A stretch of DNA of 64,000 bases from Dicyema japonicum (Eukaryota > Animalia > Dicyemida). The stretch covers positions 372,001 through 436,000 of the forward strand of contig RDEW01000041.1 of NCBI GenBank assembly GCA_011109175.1, read 5' to 3'. The translations under genes and the position numbers were made by a program. A model generated the notes under the pieces. That model saw only the letters and a list, made by a program, of their open reading frames with translations. It was not told the origin of the DNA and did no database searches. Below, piece after piece: positions 13,600 to 25,656 of the stretch; the first letter of the stretch is position 1; each line of letters begins with the position of its first letter.

Positions 13600-15500
13600 A
13601 TCCATATCAACTGGAACGAAGCCATCCAGTCTCTCGTAGATCCTTGGTAACCCGTTAGTTCATTGAGCCGATTCGACGGACTGAGTCGTTCGGTTGTAGG
13701 CGAAGGATTCCTGACGTCTCAACATCAAATTGAGATAGTTTCCCAAGAATATGCCTACTTAATACCTCATTAACTCTCGACAGCAATGATATTTACTGAC
13801 ATAAGGATCAATTTACTCAGTAACATGAAGGAGGTTTAGCCTCTCCATTTTTACCGTCAACTTAAACACGTCAATTATAGCCTTTACGGTATTTATTTGT
13901 CAAGCGTATCATTAAAAAATCTTTTACGTCAGGACTTACATTAAAAAGGCTTGGACTCTTCACTTGGATCCACTTCTTTTCTAAGATTACTCCAACAACT
14001 AAACATAAAAAGTCAAGATTCGTTTCTTCTTACGGAAGACAGTTTTCTACTCCTCAACCGCCTCACTAACAGGTTTTATAACTTTCTCCTGATTTAGTTC
14101 AATTTTTCTTCGGGTCTCATTCTGAGCCTGGAAGTATAGAAGAGCTTGAAATACCATCTTTTTCCTTTTCTCGATTCCCTCTTGGAAATCTTTTTGGTAG
14201 AAAGATATGTAAGTTATTAGCCATAATCATCACAAATTAGTAGTATAGACTTTGAGAGCTCGGATTCTGGAACTCAACGATTAATATGTCTATTGGGGGC
14301 TTCAGAGCTAAATCTGAGGGACCCTTAGGATTTTCTTTGAACCGCATAGTTGATGCTTTACAAAGGATCTCTTCTCGCTTAGTAGGTCCTCTATCCTAAT
14401 ATATCAACATCCTGGCGATGTGGGTAAACGATGATGCTTTAGCAAGGTTTCAAGTCATCAGAGATTTTGCATAGATTGACGTTTAAATGCCGCTTAATGT
14501 GTCATGTGACTCAACTACATCCGAATTTTGGTAGAAGTGATAATGCCATAGGTTAGCTCTGGGTGGGAGCCGAACTAATATTGAGCAAAGAAATGATTCG
14601 AATACTAAGTTCAGAGAGATTCTGAAGACGATTTGTTACATTATCCTCATCGTCGAACATATTTAACGCACTTCCTGTATGAATGAGACACTTTTCGAAT
14701 TTTTGGAGATTTCAATTGGGGTTCCGTTCTCCTCACAAGTTCTCAAACGGAGGTGGCATTAGTAGCGAGGAGAACCTTAGTAGGGTCCTCATGACTGTTT
14801 CTTAAAAGACATTAATTTTCTTTATGTTCGTGTGGATGGGTTTGTGCCCCATGACTAGCTATTTGTCGGTTGAATATATTGCATATAATCTGATTTTTAA
14901 CAACCCTGGCCTATTCAACAATGAGAGCACATGCTTCTATCTCGATTTTTGTGCTTTGACCTCACTGTTTTTAGTTCATCGTTCAAAGCCTTCAGTCTAT
15001 GCTTATCTTAAGTAGTTAATCGGGCAGACTTTTTGAGTTCGTTTATTTCCTTGATTAATTACTGCCTGTCATATCCCCTGGCGTAGTTTAGGTGGTGCTT
15101 AGGTACAGATAGTGATCCCGCATCCAAGATAGTGCGGTTCAAATAAGGGACTACTTTGTCCATGGATGTAATTCCATCCAGGTATGCAGTAGGTTGTCAG
15201 TAAGCGTACGGTGGAGTCTTCAGTCTGCGCGTTTGTAGTGAATTGTTCTGGGGACCTCCTCCTATTTAATGTTTCTCTCTTGGTCTTCAGAAGGATGGCA
15301 TTGTGGTCGCTTCTTGAATTGTAAGTGACTTACCAGGTCGATATTACCGCCAGGCCGAGGGAGCAAAGCGCGATGTCCTAAGAAGTTAGTTGGTCTGACT
15401 CCCTAAAAAGGGTTCTCGTATGGGTCATTCATGACCGTGAAAAGTCCTGTCTGCGATAATAGTACTTTTCCTCTTGAATCGGATGGTTTACTTGCCAGCC
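13600..15500 (-). mobile_element. Possible highly decayed Ty3/Gypsy pol (RT, RNase H, integrase)
   Basis: Motif ghosts in Gypsy order on the minus strand: MNDPYENP..IDL, AYLDGI, LLATNA, VER.N..., FAYN. Many stops and frameshifts. Confidence 0.3.
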
Positions 15501-15647
15501 ATTGAGGGTGTTTTGCGATGAATTAAAAACGATTTTCATAAAATTCAATAATTAAAATGGCAACCAAGTCATTATTAGAACGTTCAGAATGAACAAATCT
15601 ACACCTCAACTTGCAAGAAATTAAATCCTATAGGGAGAATAACGTAA

Positions 15648-15860
15648 GAAAATGTTGGTGGTTGAAATACAGAAAGTAGTTCATACAGACTGCGTAGAAG
15701 TCACCAATAATGTTGCCCTTCTCAGCAAGTCATATAATGACTGAAATTAAGGGCTATATTTGGCCATCATACTCGTAATTTATCACAATCATTGATAATC
15801 AACGCCAACTTATAATCACAGGCCGATAACACAAACACGTGTAATTTTAAATTATTTATT
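15648..15860 (+). repeat. ~210 bp dispersed repeat, left member of an inverted pair
   Basis: Near-exact reverse complement of 28790-29005; a core of >80 nt is identical by eye. Confidence 0.9.
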
Positions 15861-15989
15861 ATTAAGTTAATTAAATTAAGTTTTATATTTATCATAATAA
15901 TTGTAAATTATTTTTACTTAAATGAGATAATTAAATCCTTACCCCAAGATTCCCTCAGCCACCATATTAAATTTCTTATCACCAAACTG

Positions 15990-16300
15990 AAGAGGAAATA
16001 AATGTCCACCGTTCAGTCCCAGGTGTCTCTCACGGCCAATCCGAAAATTCACTGACGAATATCTACAAACAGTTGGTCAGGACTACGCTTAATTACGGCT
16101 ACCCTAGCTGGGAATCCTTATCTTATCACAGTCTAATCCAAGAAGCTCCAATATGAGAACCACTACAGGATGCATAAGATTCACCCCACTGACCATCTAC
16201 ACTGGGAAACGAGATTCTTTCTGTTACCGATTATTTGGAGATGCAAAACTCACAGTTTCTGTGGCAGTTTTCGGATTCAGACCACCAGACTATTTCGCTC
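15990..16300 (+). mobile_element. LINE RT C-terminal fragment
   Basis: SLTNIYKQLVRTTLNYGYPSW resembles the LY..LVR..LEY...W thumb motif; frameshifted. Confidence 0.45.
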
Positions 16301-17050
16301 TTTAAGTATAGAAACCGTAGAAATATCCGAAGAACTATCTTCGACCTACAGAGAACTCTCTCAAGCATCCTCCAAATCACAGTCGGGCAGACGTGGATAA
16401 AAAATACATAACTTCGTATCTACCCGCACAATCACAAGGCTAAAGGACAACAAATTCCCCGATAGCTCACCACCCTTGATCAGCCCTTCTGAATCCTTTC
16501 TAACCATTGACGTAACTCGTTTTCTTTTGGCCGCCAGCTTTCTACATGATGATAGTGATGTTGGGTAAATAATTTAATTTAATCCTCATCCACAATTATT
16601 TTCATCTATTCGCATGGATTGTCATAATAGAACGAGTGAGATAGTCGTTATCACACTTTTGGTGACAGTATCCCCTTCGATAACACACCGAATCTACAAC
16701 CTCCAAAATTCTATATGATGGCCATTTGGAAGGTCATCTCGATTCTGATATAATCCACAAAGTGGTGTATACAATCATTAAACTACATCCCTTCTCCAAG
16801 TACTCCGAAGGATACCTGACCTTTCTTGGATCTCGTCCCTGAAGAGTATAATCAATTGTGTGGACTTTAATGCCAGAAATCAACTGCATAGACCAAAGAG
16901 GAGTATCTCGACGTTGATCATCGTCCTAGATGACCTGCACCAACAAACACGTGGTGCGGGTAGACAAATCAAACACTTTCTTCCTCACTTAAGTGTACAT
17001 TATGGCGGCAATAGAAATTTATAAAAATGAATAAGGCAATAAAAATTTAG

Positions 17051-17713
17051 TCAACAGATATTACAAGTTCTTCTGCACACGTGGTGATACCCCGGTAAAG
17101 AATAGCATTTATCAGGAAGGCAGCTAGCTAAGAAGTCCTCACATATGTGACAAGTTCTACACGTGTCTCGACATACCAATAATCTAGGTCGTTCATGCAA
17201 ACAGTTGGCATTCGAACAGTAGGAGACAGATCCGTAGTCCTTGCACACTAAACTCAACAAATTATCCAACTAATGGGATCCTCGAGTTGATCTTGCCTCG
17301 CACAGTTTTTGCACGTTTTCCTACAATTCTGTAATACAGCCAAGTCATGGGCACAGTACCCTTCCTCACCCCACTCAGGACAATCGCCATTGCCGTCAAA
17401 ACAGTCTCATAAATACTGAAAATACGAGAAAACCCGCATTTATCTCAGCGATAGTCGATATTCTCTTCGTAGTGGGATTTTTCCTTCTATTTTTAACGGT
17501 AGTTGACGTTTGGGTGATATTATCCGTTGTAGTAACCCCGACCTTTAAATCTGGTCTACGTTAAATATTATGGGGGACGTTTCATAATCTTGAGTTTGTA
17601 AAAGCAGTTGCTCGGTAATTATAAATCCAACACCTAATCACTCATATTTTAAATTTTGTACAAAAAAGTAGTCCAACAGCGACAATAAATGCAATCATAA
17701 TGACCACTTTCAT
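17051..17713 (-). CDS. Protein with N-terminal signal peptide/anchor, Thr-rich linker and three ShKT domains
   Basis: A model with 4 introns (28, 23, 28, 23 nt) gives MKVVIMIAFIVAVGLLFCVGFII...TTTDNITQTSTT...DCFDGNGDCPEWGEEGYC..LQNCRKTCKNC...CKD...CRDTCRTC..CED...CRRTCNIC*. Three 6-Cys units end in C-x3-C-x2-C. Confidence 0.85.
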
Positions 17714-18494
17714 CGTGAATTTTAATTTCTGAATTTATCCCTTTTAAATGCTATTGATTTACATAAATATGCACATATTCAAGCAAGTTTGGTCCTTTAT
17801 AGCTTAAAGAAGTCTCGCCCTACCCATTTGCTAAGGGAGATGCTCTTAGTCACTAGGCGAACCCATCGACTTGAGGCCAAACAGACAGGAATTCAGACAG
17901 TCGAATAAACTAACCAAACCAGCTCTATTAGTTGATGTCTATGGGTTACCTGTTTTTAGTGGCACTCAATGGCGAGGGGCACAAAAACCATTTGCTGATC
18001 CGTTCAGAATATTCTCTTGCTTAATGGTTTTTGTGTGAATAAGATTTAAGCATTGCACTGCGATGACGTAACCGCACCCATATTGTCATGGTGAATGAAT
18101 ACCCTTTTGTGAGTATGGACGAGGTGACGGACAAAGGAGACACCGAAAACCCAAAGTTCCAAACGAAGGAAGGGTCGGGTGCATGTAGTTCGAGTTTCGT
18201 CCACACAAATTTGAAAGATTTTTGAGGATCATCAATCAGATTTATGAATGTTGCTAAAGTCTTTTGATCTCCAACATTACATCACAGAATTAAATTCCTA
18301 TTTTCTAAATTTGAAAAAAAAATTAATTAAAATCAACTGTGACGATTACAAGATTGACGTCTTTGATGTTTATTTTTCAAAGATCAACAAAATATGGGGG
18401 ATTAAAGAACGCGAACTCCCGCAGAAAATAATCAATTATTTTTAAATTGGATTCTTTAAAAAGCGAATATAATTAGAATTTTGTTAAATTAGTA

Positions 18495-18848
18495 ATGGAA
18501 GTACCAGAAAACTACGAAAATTCAGAGATTCAGGAAAATAACTCAGATGACCAGAGAATCACTGTTTCCCATGAGAAAAACAAAAATTTCAAAAATTCAA
18601 ATAAATTTCAAAGTATGAACTTTGATAATTCAGTTCCCAGACTTACTCGAGTCAAGAACGGCAGACAACGACAGGAGGCAAATGCACGCGAAAGGAGACG
18701 AATGAAGATTATGAAAGTAGCCATTGAAGAACTGAAAAATTCACTTCCGACATTCAAAAATGAGAAACTATCTCAGATAAAAACGCTTAATCTCTCAATA
18801 TTTTACATTCGTTTTCTATGTGATTTGATCAATAAACGAAATTATTAG
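18495..18848 (+). CDS. Class A bHLH transcription factor, PTF1a/Fer (atonal superfamily)-like
   Basis: Intronless 117 aa ORF: QRQEANARERRRM...LPT...EKLS..TL.L.I.YI.FL.DL. Confidence 0.9.
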   Translation: MEVPENYENSEIQENNSDDQRITVSHEKNKNFKNSNKFQSMNFDNSVPRLTRVKNGRQRQEANARERRRMKIMKVAIEELKNSLPTFKNEKLSQIKTLNLSIFYIRFLCDLINKRNY

Positions 18849-19562
18849 AAACGCATATAAAATCTCTACTAATATCCCCCACGTGCAGCCTCGGACAGTA
18901 TCTTCTGAGTTCATTCAATTTTTGGTTGAACGAGGTTTGAGCCCTGATCCTAAATGGATGTTTACTTTATAACTTTTGGTTCCGATGATTCCTGAGTCCC
19001 TTCACTTCGGCTGCTCACGAAAAGAAAAAGACAAAGGCTTTCCTCCATTATTGAACTAAGTGGATGTTTCGCCAGAACCAATTTTTCAGAACAGTTAATC
19101 ACCCAGAAACTTTTTTTTTAATTTCAGTTTAATTAATCAGTGAGTTAAACTTGGGGGATATTTTCATTGTAGCTTTCACGTGTGGGAGCTAATGACAGTT
19201 TGGTGAAAACATGAAGATTTACCGAAAAAATGATTGACTGATAGTTATCCTTTTAGAGAAGAGGAGCTTCTGAGATGAAATTTGACGATTAGACTCTCAG
19301 ATTCAGCGGACTACACAACCTGGCCAAATATTTAAGCTCAAAAATTGTTAATAAGTGCTTGTTTCTATTTTCCTTGTCATAGGTGGATATTAACAAGTTG
19401 ATAGTAGACAAGATCCCGTTTATATCTCACAACTTTGAATTTATGTGCCACAAGTATTTTTGATGAATAAAATTTAATCATTTAGCAAAAGGCTATTGAA
19501 ATTCTTTAGAATTTTTTTAGTGTGAAGTTATATGCTTTATGTAAAAAATAATAAAAATAGAA

Positions 19563-19716
19563 TGGCCGCGTAGTCAAATAGGTGATGTCATAGTCGTAAT
19601 AGAACCTGAATCGGGTGCCTGCATCATAAAAGGAAAAGATGCCTTTCATAACGAAAAGAAAACGAACATGTTTAGAGATCTATTCCTCTATCCGATCCCT
19701 CTACGCGGCCAATTTT
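19563..19716 (+). ncRNA. tRNA-like / Pol III-like hairpin element (expanded pseudo-tRNA)
   Basis: 11 bp terminal inverted repeat TGGCCGCGTAG...CTACGCGGCCA, D-arm-like GTCA-AATAGG-TGAT, doubled T-arm-like 3' segment, then TTTTT. About 70 nt of extra internal sequence; imperfect anticodon stem. Confidence 0.4.
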
Positions 19717-19799
19717 TGTTTCTTAACTTTTACTTTTTTAACATAGTATTTATTTGGTTTCCTCAACATGCTACAAAAATTTTTTGCTAAGTCAGTTTG

Positions 19800-20710
19800 T
19801 ATGAGTGACTTTCTTTAAACCAAATTTACATCCGAACATCATGCTGTCTGGAAAATTTCTTAACTGGCCGATGTTGAAGAGTCCGGAGTGTAAAAATTAC
19901 TTCAAAATCAAGACTACTCCTAAATGGGGTCCCAGGGTTCCTCTTTATCTCCTCTTATTTAAATTATTTCTACACGATTTACCTACCACGAAGATCAGGA
20001 CACTATGTTTCTATCCTACGACCTGATTATCGCTGCAAAAGAAAACCTCGTTCCAGGCAGTGGCAGTGGTTCAGTCACACTACAACCAGGACTGGCCATA
20101 CGTGAATTTGCTTTTTTTCTGCATCCAAGTCTCAGTACACCCTATTCACTACGGACAGGCGATTTTAAGGTGGACTCGAGATTTTCTTCGGAAACATTCC
20201 TATTCCTTCTACGCGAATCTAGAAGATCTTTGGAATGACATTCGACTCTTTAATGACAGTCTCCACTCACACAGAGGAAGTGTAACTAAAATGCTTAGAA
20301 AGTAGAATGTCCAAAAAACTATCATAAAAAAGCTCCTTTCCGCCTACAGCTTGTATCGACCTCTTCTAGATCTGCCCTTGTGATCCTTGACTCCGAATTG
20401 ATCTTAAAATCACATTTGAACATTAATACAATCATCAAAATATCGACCTATTATAAACTGAGATCAGTCCTCGTGATCCCTAATCTCAATTTGATATCTA
20501 AAGGATCATTCGTATCCTTGATTTTAAACCACATGAAGATTGTTTGCCTAGCTTAAAAATTGACACCGCTGACAGATACGAGTATTTCAAATTAGTCTTC
20601 AGGGACCATAAAGATGCTCTCACCCTCAGTGACATGAAGATTCTCAAGAAAATAGCAATGAACGTTTGCGGGGATTACCAAAGATTGTAAGCCTAAGGTT
20701 AATAAATAAA
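19800..20710 (+). mobile_element. L2/Jockey-like LINE RT fragment, degenerate
   Basis: GVP(Q)GSSLSPLLFKLFLHDLP, degenerate YADD, L.VILDSELILKSH, terminal GGTTAATAAATAAA. Confidence 0.65.
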
Positions 20711-21689
20711 TGAACCGCCGGGATTCGATGTGTAGAATTTATGCGAATGATGTGAATTGATATGTTACAATTAAATTACTTGGAAATAATAAAAAAGAGC
20801 CCTTCCGATAAGGAGTAGGCAATGTTTCCTAAACCTCACCTTAGGAAAAACTCGCACTTTATTTTAGGAAGTAAGAACAGTAATGTTAATTCATCCGCGT
20901 TATTGACTCCTCGTTCTTTTCTTTTTGTCTGTGAGTTCCAGAAGATAATCAATTTTCGCAGTTATAAAACACTGATGACGGCATCACTCGTCAACCCTAA
21001 AGCATCATAGATGTGTATAATCTTCGACCGAGATACAAACCGGAGACCTCATGATCATGGTACGGAACTTATTATACTGGTTTTTTGTTTTATTTTTTTG
21101 CTGAAAGATGTAAATCGCAGAGTTGGTTCTAGTTGTACCATAAATTACCAGTTTTTATTAGAAAAATATTCACTTTGTTTCTTACAGACGATTTATGTGT
21201 CAACTTTAGCCTTACCCCGATTGCAAGCTACAAAGAATATTAAAGCGACGATCGAGCCCAATGACTTATTCATAACCTATGACGTTAAACCAAGAGACAT
21301 CTTTGTAGAACTAGCATGAGAAACTGTAGCGAGAAAATTCTCAGAGTTAGACACTATATGACAATGAATCGCATAATCTGCATAAATACAGCAGGATTAT
21401 TACACACATGTCTCGATGATTGGTTGGTAGTATTCGACGTAGAACAGTTTGTACAAGTAATAACATACATCATCTCTTTATCACATAATTACTCTCTTCT
21501 TGTTTCACGCTAATATTTTACCCAACTACTCCCTCCTTTCGCTTGAAATCATGATTCAAAATTTACCGTGGAATACTCTTGCGGCCACATGTCTCGAAAT
21601 ATGACCCTAGAAAAGGTGCCACTGATTCTTTCACTTTAAACCAATGCACGAATTAATAGGACCCGTTTCAATTCCTTTTTGATTTAAAC

Positions 21690-21915
21690 ACACTGAAATC
21701 CGGAACCAGCATAAAAGGTAATAGAAGCCAATTACTTGCAGTTGTGGAAACCTCTTCAATGAAGTGGGAGAGAGCAAATGATCCTTTTTCGTGCCAGCCT
21801 GGCACTGGGCACCACCTAAATAGATGGATCACATGACGCCACTTTAATAGGAAAAAAAGAGTAGGAACAGACAAAACAAACAGAAAACTCTAACCAATTA
21901 TCCACGCAGCACCAC
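21690..21915 (-). mobile_element. SINE family A copy (3' end eroded)
   Basis: Reverse-complement match to 411-726 (GATCCTTTTTCGTGCCAGCCTGGCACTGGGC...GGATCACATGACGCCAC). Confidence 0.85.
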
Positions 21916-21993
21916 GAAGATTAAAAAAGTGATTTTGTTAGAAATAAATACAATATTTATTTTTTTAATAATTTTAATCAATTAAATATTTCC

Positions 21994-23990
21994 ATGACAA
22001 CTGAAATGTCACAGTGGATAAACCCAAAAATAAACCAAATAATTTCCGAATACAACATTAATCCTAATTGGCCTAGAAATAGAAGAATTAACGCCAAAAC
22101 TATATTTGGTAGCCAAATTCTGTACAAATTCAGATCAAATTCCCAAAAATCCTGTTTTTAAGCAAACTACATTTCCAATCAAGAAACTTCCATCAGGAAT
22201 AATTGACGACAGCTTCTATGCGAAGGTCACACCTGTGAAAGAGGCCCAACCGTTTGTCCCCCTACAAATGAAGCCCTCCCCTTATGACTTGGGTAACAAT
22301 TTTCTGAGTGACAAAAGGCTATCAAGCTGCAATTAACGATAACTGTTTCCTCGATTGGATCAAGCCGAAGAAAAAGGAAGATCCCCCAATATTTCTCCCC
22401 CAGATTGTGTCCGAAACTGAAAAAGAGACACGTGGAACACAAACTTTGCTGAAGGTTGACAACATCCTCCCCCAAATGTTTGGCTATTTACTTCAAATAG
22501 GCAACACGTCGAAAATGTCCTCACTAAGATCGACTCCTACGAAGACAAAAAACGTTAAATTTAAAATATCACAATTAGTTATGTTTGTTCGGCAAATGAA
22601 CAACCAGACAAAACCTTCAGACTTTGCCACGTGGCAATTGCAGGCAGCTGAGGCAGTCCGAGATCTATTTACCCCTAATAATGTATTTTAATTCATTTTT
22701 GACAAGTCAGGAAGACGATAAGGTAGAAATTCAGTCAAAGCGACCGCGGATGGAGGTCTTATTGGAGGCAGAACCTTCTCTGGGATCAGGGAGAAGACTT
22801 GAGGATCCGGTTATCAAAGACGATGTGGTAATAAAGCAATCCCCACTCGAAATGATAGACAAATTCACTTCCATTGACTTGGAGAAACCACGGTTGGTCA
22901 ACACAGCAAGCTCAACAGCGGATTTTAACATGTCACGTGAGCGATCATGCTCTCCCATAAATTTTGTGAATATGGCAGACCAAGCTTGCTGCACAAAAGA
23001 TGATCACGTGCATATTTTCTCAGACAAATCGACCTGTCCAATGGAAGATGTCTTCTCGCTAGAAAAACGTCTAAAAGACCGTGAATCTATGCCCGCAAAA
23101 AGCTACAAAGCCACCTACGAGATAGAAGTTCAGACAGATGATACAATAAAAGAGGAAGAAGAGGTCAAATTGACAGAAGTGGTGGAAGAGGAAAGGGTTG
23201 AAATGGTCGATGACATTTTGGAGGAACGGAAGAGAGTCCTTGCTGAGATCTCCACGGGCAAAGAAGTCGAGAATGAACCTGATGAAAGTGTGAACAGCTA
23301 TGAAATCAACTCCGTGATTGACTCCCTGCTCAATTATATTGGGGATACCGCTGAGGAAAACATCAATATGGCCAAAAAAGATGTCGAACTCAAAAGAATA
23401 CAAAAAAAGGCTCAAAAACCCGCAACCGATAAATCAAATGACATTCTAGGAGAGTGGAAGAGGAATACCTTTAAGAATAGGAACAGAAAATACATCGAGG
23501 ACCGGAAAATGTCAGCAATGCAAGAAAGGAAACCATTCATCCCCCAAAAGGTGGAATAAGCTTAAAATTTCAGAATTCAGTGGTTAGAAGGAACAAATTT
23601 TCCGAGGAAGAGGCCAAAAAGAAGAGATCTTCCGAGGCCTACAAGATGGCTCTGGCCAATGTTGCTATTTTCTTGACTCTTAGTTAATGGAAGTTAAAAA
23701 CAATGAACGGGAACGATCTTTAAAGCACGTGGTTTCTGAAAAGGTTGATGCTGGAAAACTACAAAGGCTCTACGGTTTCTCTCGACTGGTTACTCCTAGG
23801 AACCTCAAGACTGTCCTCAATCAATAACATAATCAGTAAAAGCAAGAGTGCCGGCCGTAAACCCACACAGGTCTTCCGACTAAGTCAACAAAGAAATGAG
23901 CCGAATTTGGACGAAATATCCCTCGTGAGCAGTAATGACATCATCGAAGACATTGACTGGTCGGAAGTCGACAGAATAATTGCTGTTTAA
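21994..23990 (+). CDS. Hypothetical multi-exon protein with an acidic/charged central region
   Basis: Eight GT-AG introns of 23-28 nt join the ORF-track fragments into one continuous frame (MTTEMSQWINPK...DWSEVDRIIAV*). No family recognised. Confidence 0.65.
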
Positions 23991-24034
23991 CTTATTTTAC
24001 TTTAAAAATGTTTTTAATCATTCAATTTATTAAA

Positions 24035-24180
24035 TGGCCCAAGACGGTCTCTTTTCTAAGATCGATGGGGCAATGATATCTAAAGAGACTCAGGAAACCG
24101 AATGACCCTTCCAAAGGATTTCTTTGGCAGTTGTCGGGAAAACAAAAATTCCATCCTCACAGCTGGCTTACTTAGATTGC
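24035..24180 (+). repeat. Dispersed repeat family C, copy 1
   Basis: Shares GGGCAATGATATCTAAAG..GGAAACCGAATG..TTCCAAAGGATTTC..GGCAGTTGTC with 36770-36925 (-) and 45980-46115 (+). Confidence 0.75.
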
Positions 24181-25656
24181 CTTGTTACGTAAAAAATTGT
24201 TTTATTAAAAAATTATTAAATTTCATAAAATAAATACCAATTTTATGAGTCATTTTCAGCGAAAATATAACTCAGCCATCGAGTCCAAACATCTCAAATA
24301 AGAGCGTCGGAGGATGTTGACATATCAGAACCCAGATCAATGGGTCATACCCATCAATTTATTCTTAAAGAGCATCAATTTGCTAATCTAACCACATTGT
24401 AGAGCTATCGGTTAAGTATAGCACAAAACTGAACTGGGAGAGTTGAGGGAGATAACTAAACATAACCTTGACCAATAGCATCTCTCTATCATCCTATTCT
24501 TTCTAAGAGCATTAGTCGCATATCTTATGTTGAGCTGGACTCGGTTTGGTTTAAGTCGGCGAGTGATCTAAACAGGTGGGTATATACTAAATTTGACAAT
24601 CTCAATAACACAATAAAACATGAACAATTCTGGAAATTTAAAACCATAAAAATTTTAACGATTTAATGTCGAGTTGAGTCATCCATTGAAATTCAATAAA
24701 TTATGGACTTTTTATTAATTTTTAATTTTAATATTTCATAATAAATTCATCAACTAATTAACCGGATTTAAATCCAGATTTCTGGTAATCCCTCTTCTCT
24801 TAGAAGAAGAATGTGATATAAACTCTCTGTTTATCCCCATCTCCACACCAGATTCAGTCAAAATATCTCTTTTAGAGTCCAGTGGGCTATCCTCAGTTCT
24901 ACAAGTTGAGAGGTATCAGAGGCGTAGTCTTCATCGTATACATTCATCTCATGCTTATGTTCAATGAGTCATCAATATTGAATGAACCACATGTCCTTGA
25001 TAGAATGGTTGAGGTGGTGACTACGTCTCTTGACGTGTGTCTTAATCTCCTCAAGTGGATGTGACCTAACATTCCCATTCTCGTGTGCATGAACGAAATG
25101 ATAGAATCAGGAGACATTTTCTACATGAAGTTTCGGAACAGGGAAGGTCTGATGCACTAAATCTTTATGGTCTTGTGAAGAATGATTCGTTCTCTTCTTC
25201 CCATGGCCTTGACATCGGAAACACTAAGTTTCTTAAACTTACGAAAGACTTAAGAGACACGAGTACTCATTCGGGTTAAAACTTGAAGAAGCTTGGCCAA
25301 AAATGGATCTGCATTGAGATCCCACGTGTTGGGTGATAGTACGATTTTATGTTTCTTGTTAAAATCAACGGCAATAAACCAGGGACATTGCAAAAATTAC
25401 TCAACAGAAATGAGACAATCAGGCGATCACTGTTTATATAAAACTCAACTTCTGGCCTGTTCTCCATGAATAAGCCAGGGGGTGAAGAATCTCGTTTTGT
25501 GTTCGTGAAAATTGTGTCCTTTCTGATGGAATTTCAATTAATTGATCCTCAAAGTAAAGAAAAATCCAAAACCACAACATGATTCACCGCCAAAGAAAAC
25601 CTCCACAAATAAACAAACACAGTCACAAATCACAAAAAGTCATTTATTCAAAAAAT

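Noticed and set aside
18021-18290. Minus-strand ORF (HAPDPSFVWNF...KGYSFTMTIWVRL) faintly like the neurobeachin/BEACH N-terminal region
   Set aside because: Only ~90 codons between two other genes, with no room for such a large protein and no further motifs.
19602-19622. GAACCTGAATCGGGTGCCTGC resembles the 3' half of a plant TPP riboswitch
   Set aside because: The TAAT loop is missing, there is no upstream GGG..CTGAGA half, no thiamine gene is nearby, and the flanks fit a tRNA-like fold better.
19640-19720. GCCTTTCAT plus AATTTTTG suggested U5 snRNA (loop I and Sm site)
   Set aside because: The loop differs at two invariant positions, has no closing stem, and there is no 3' hairpin.
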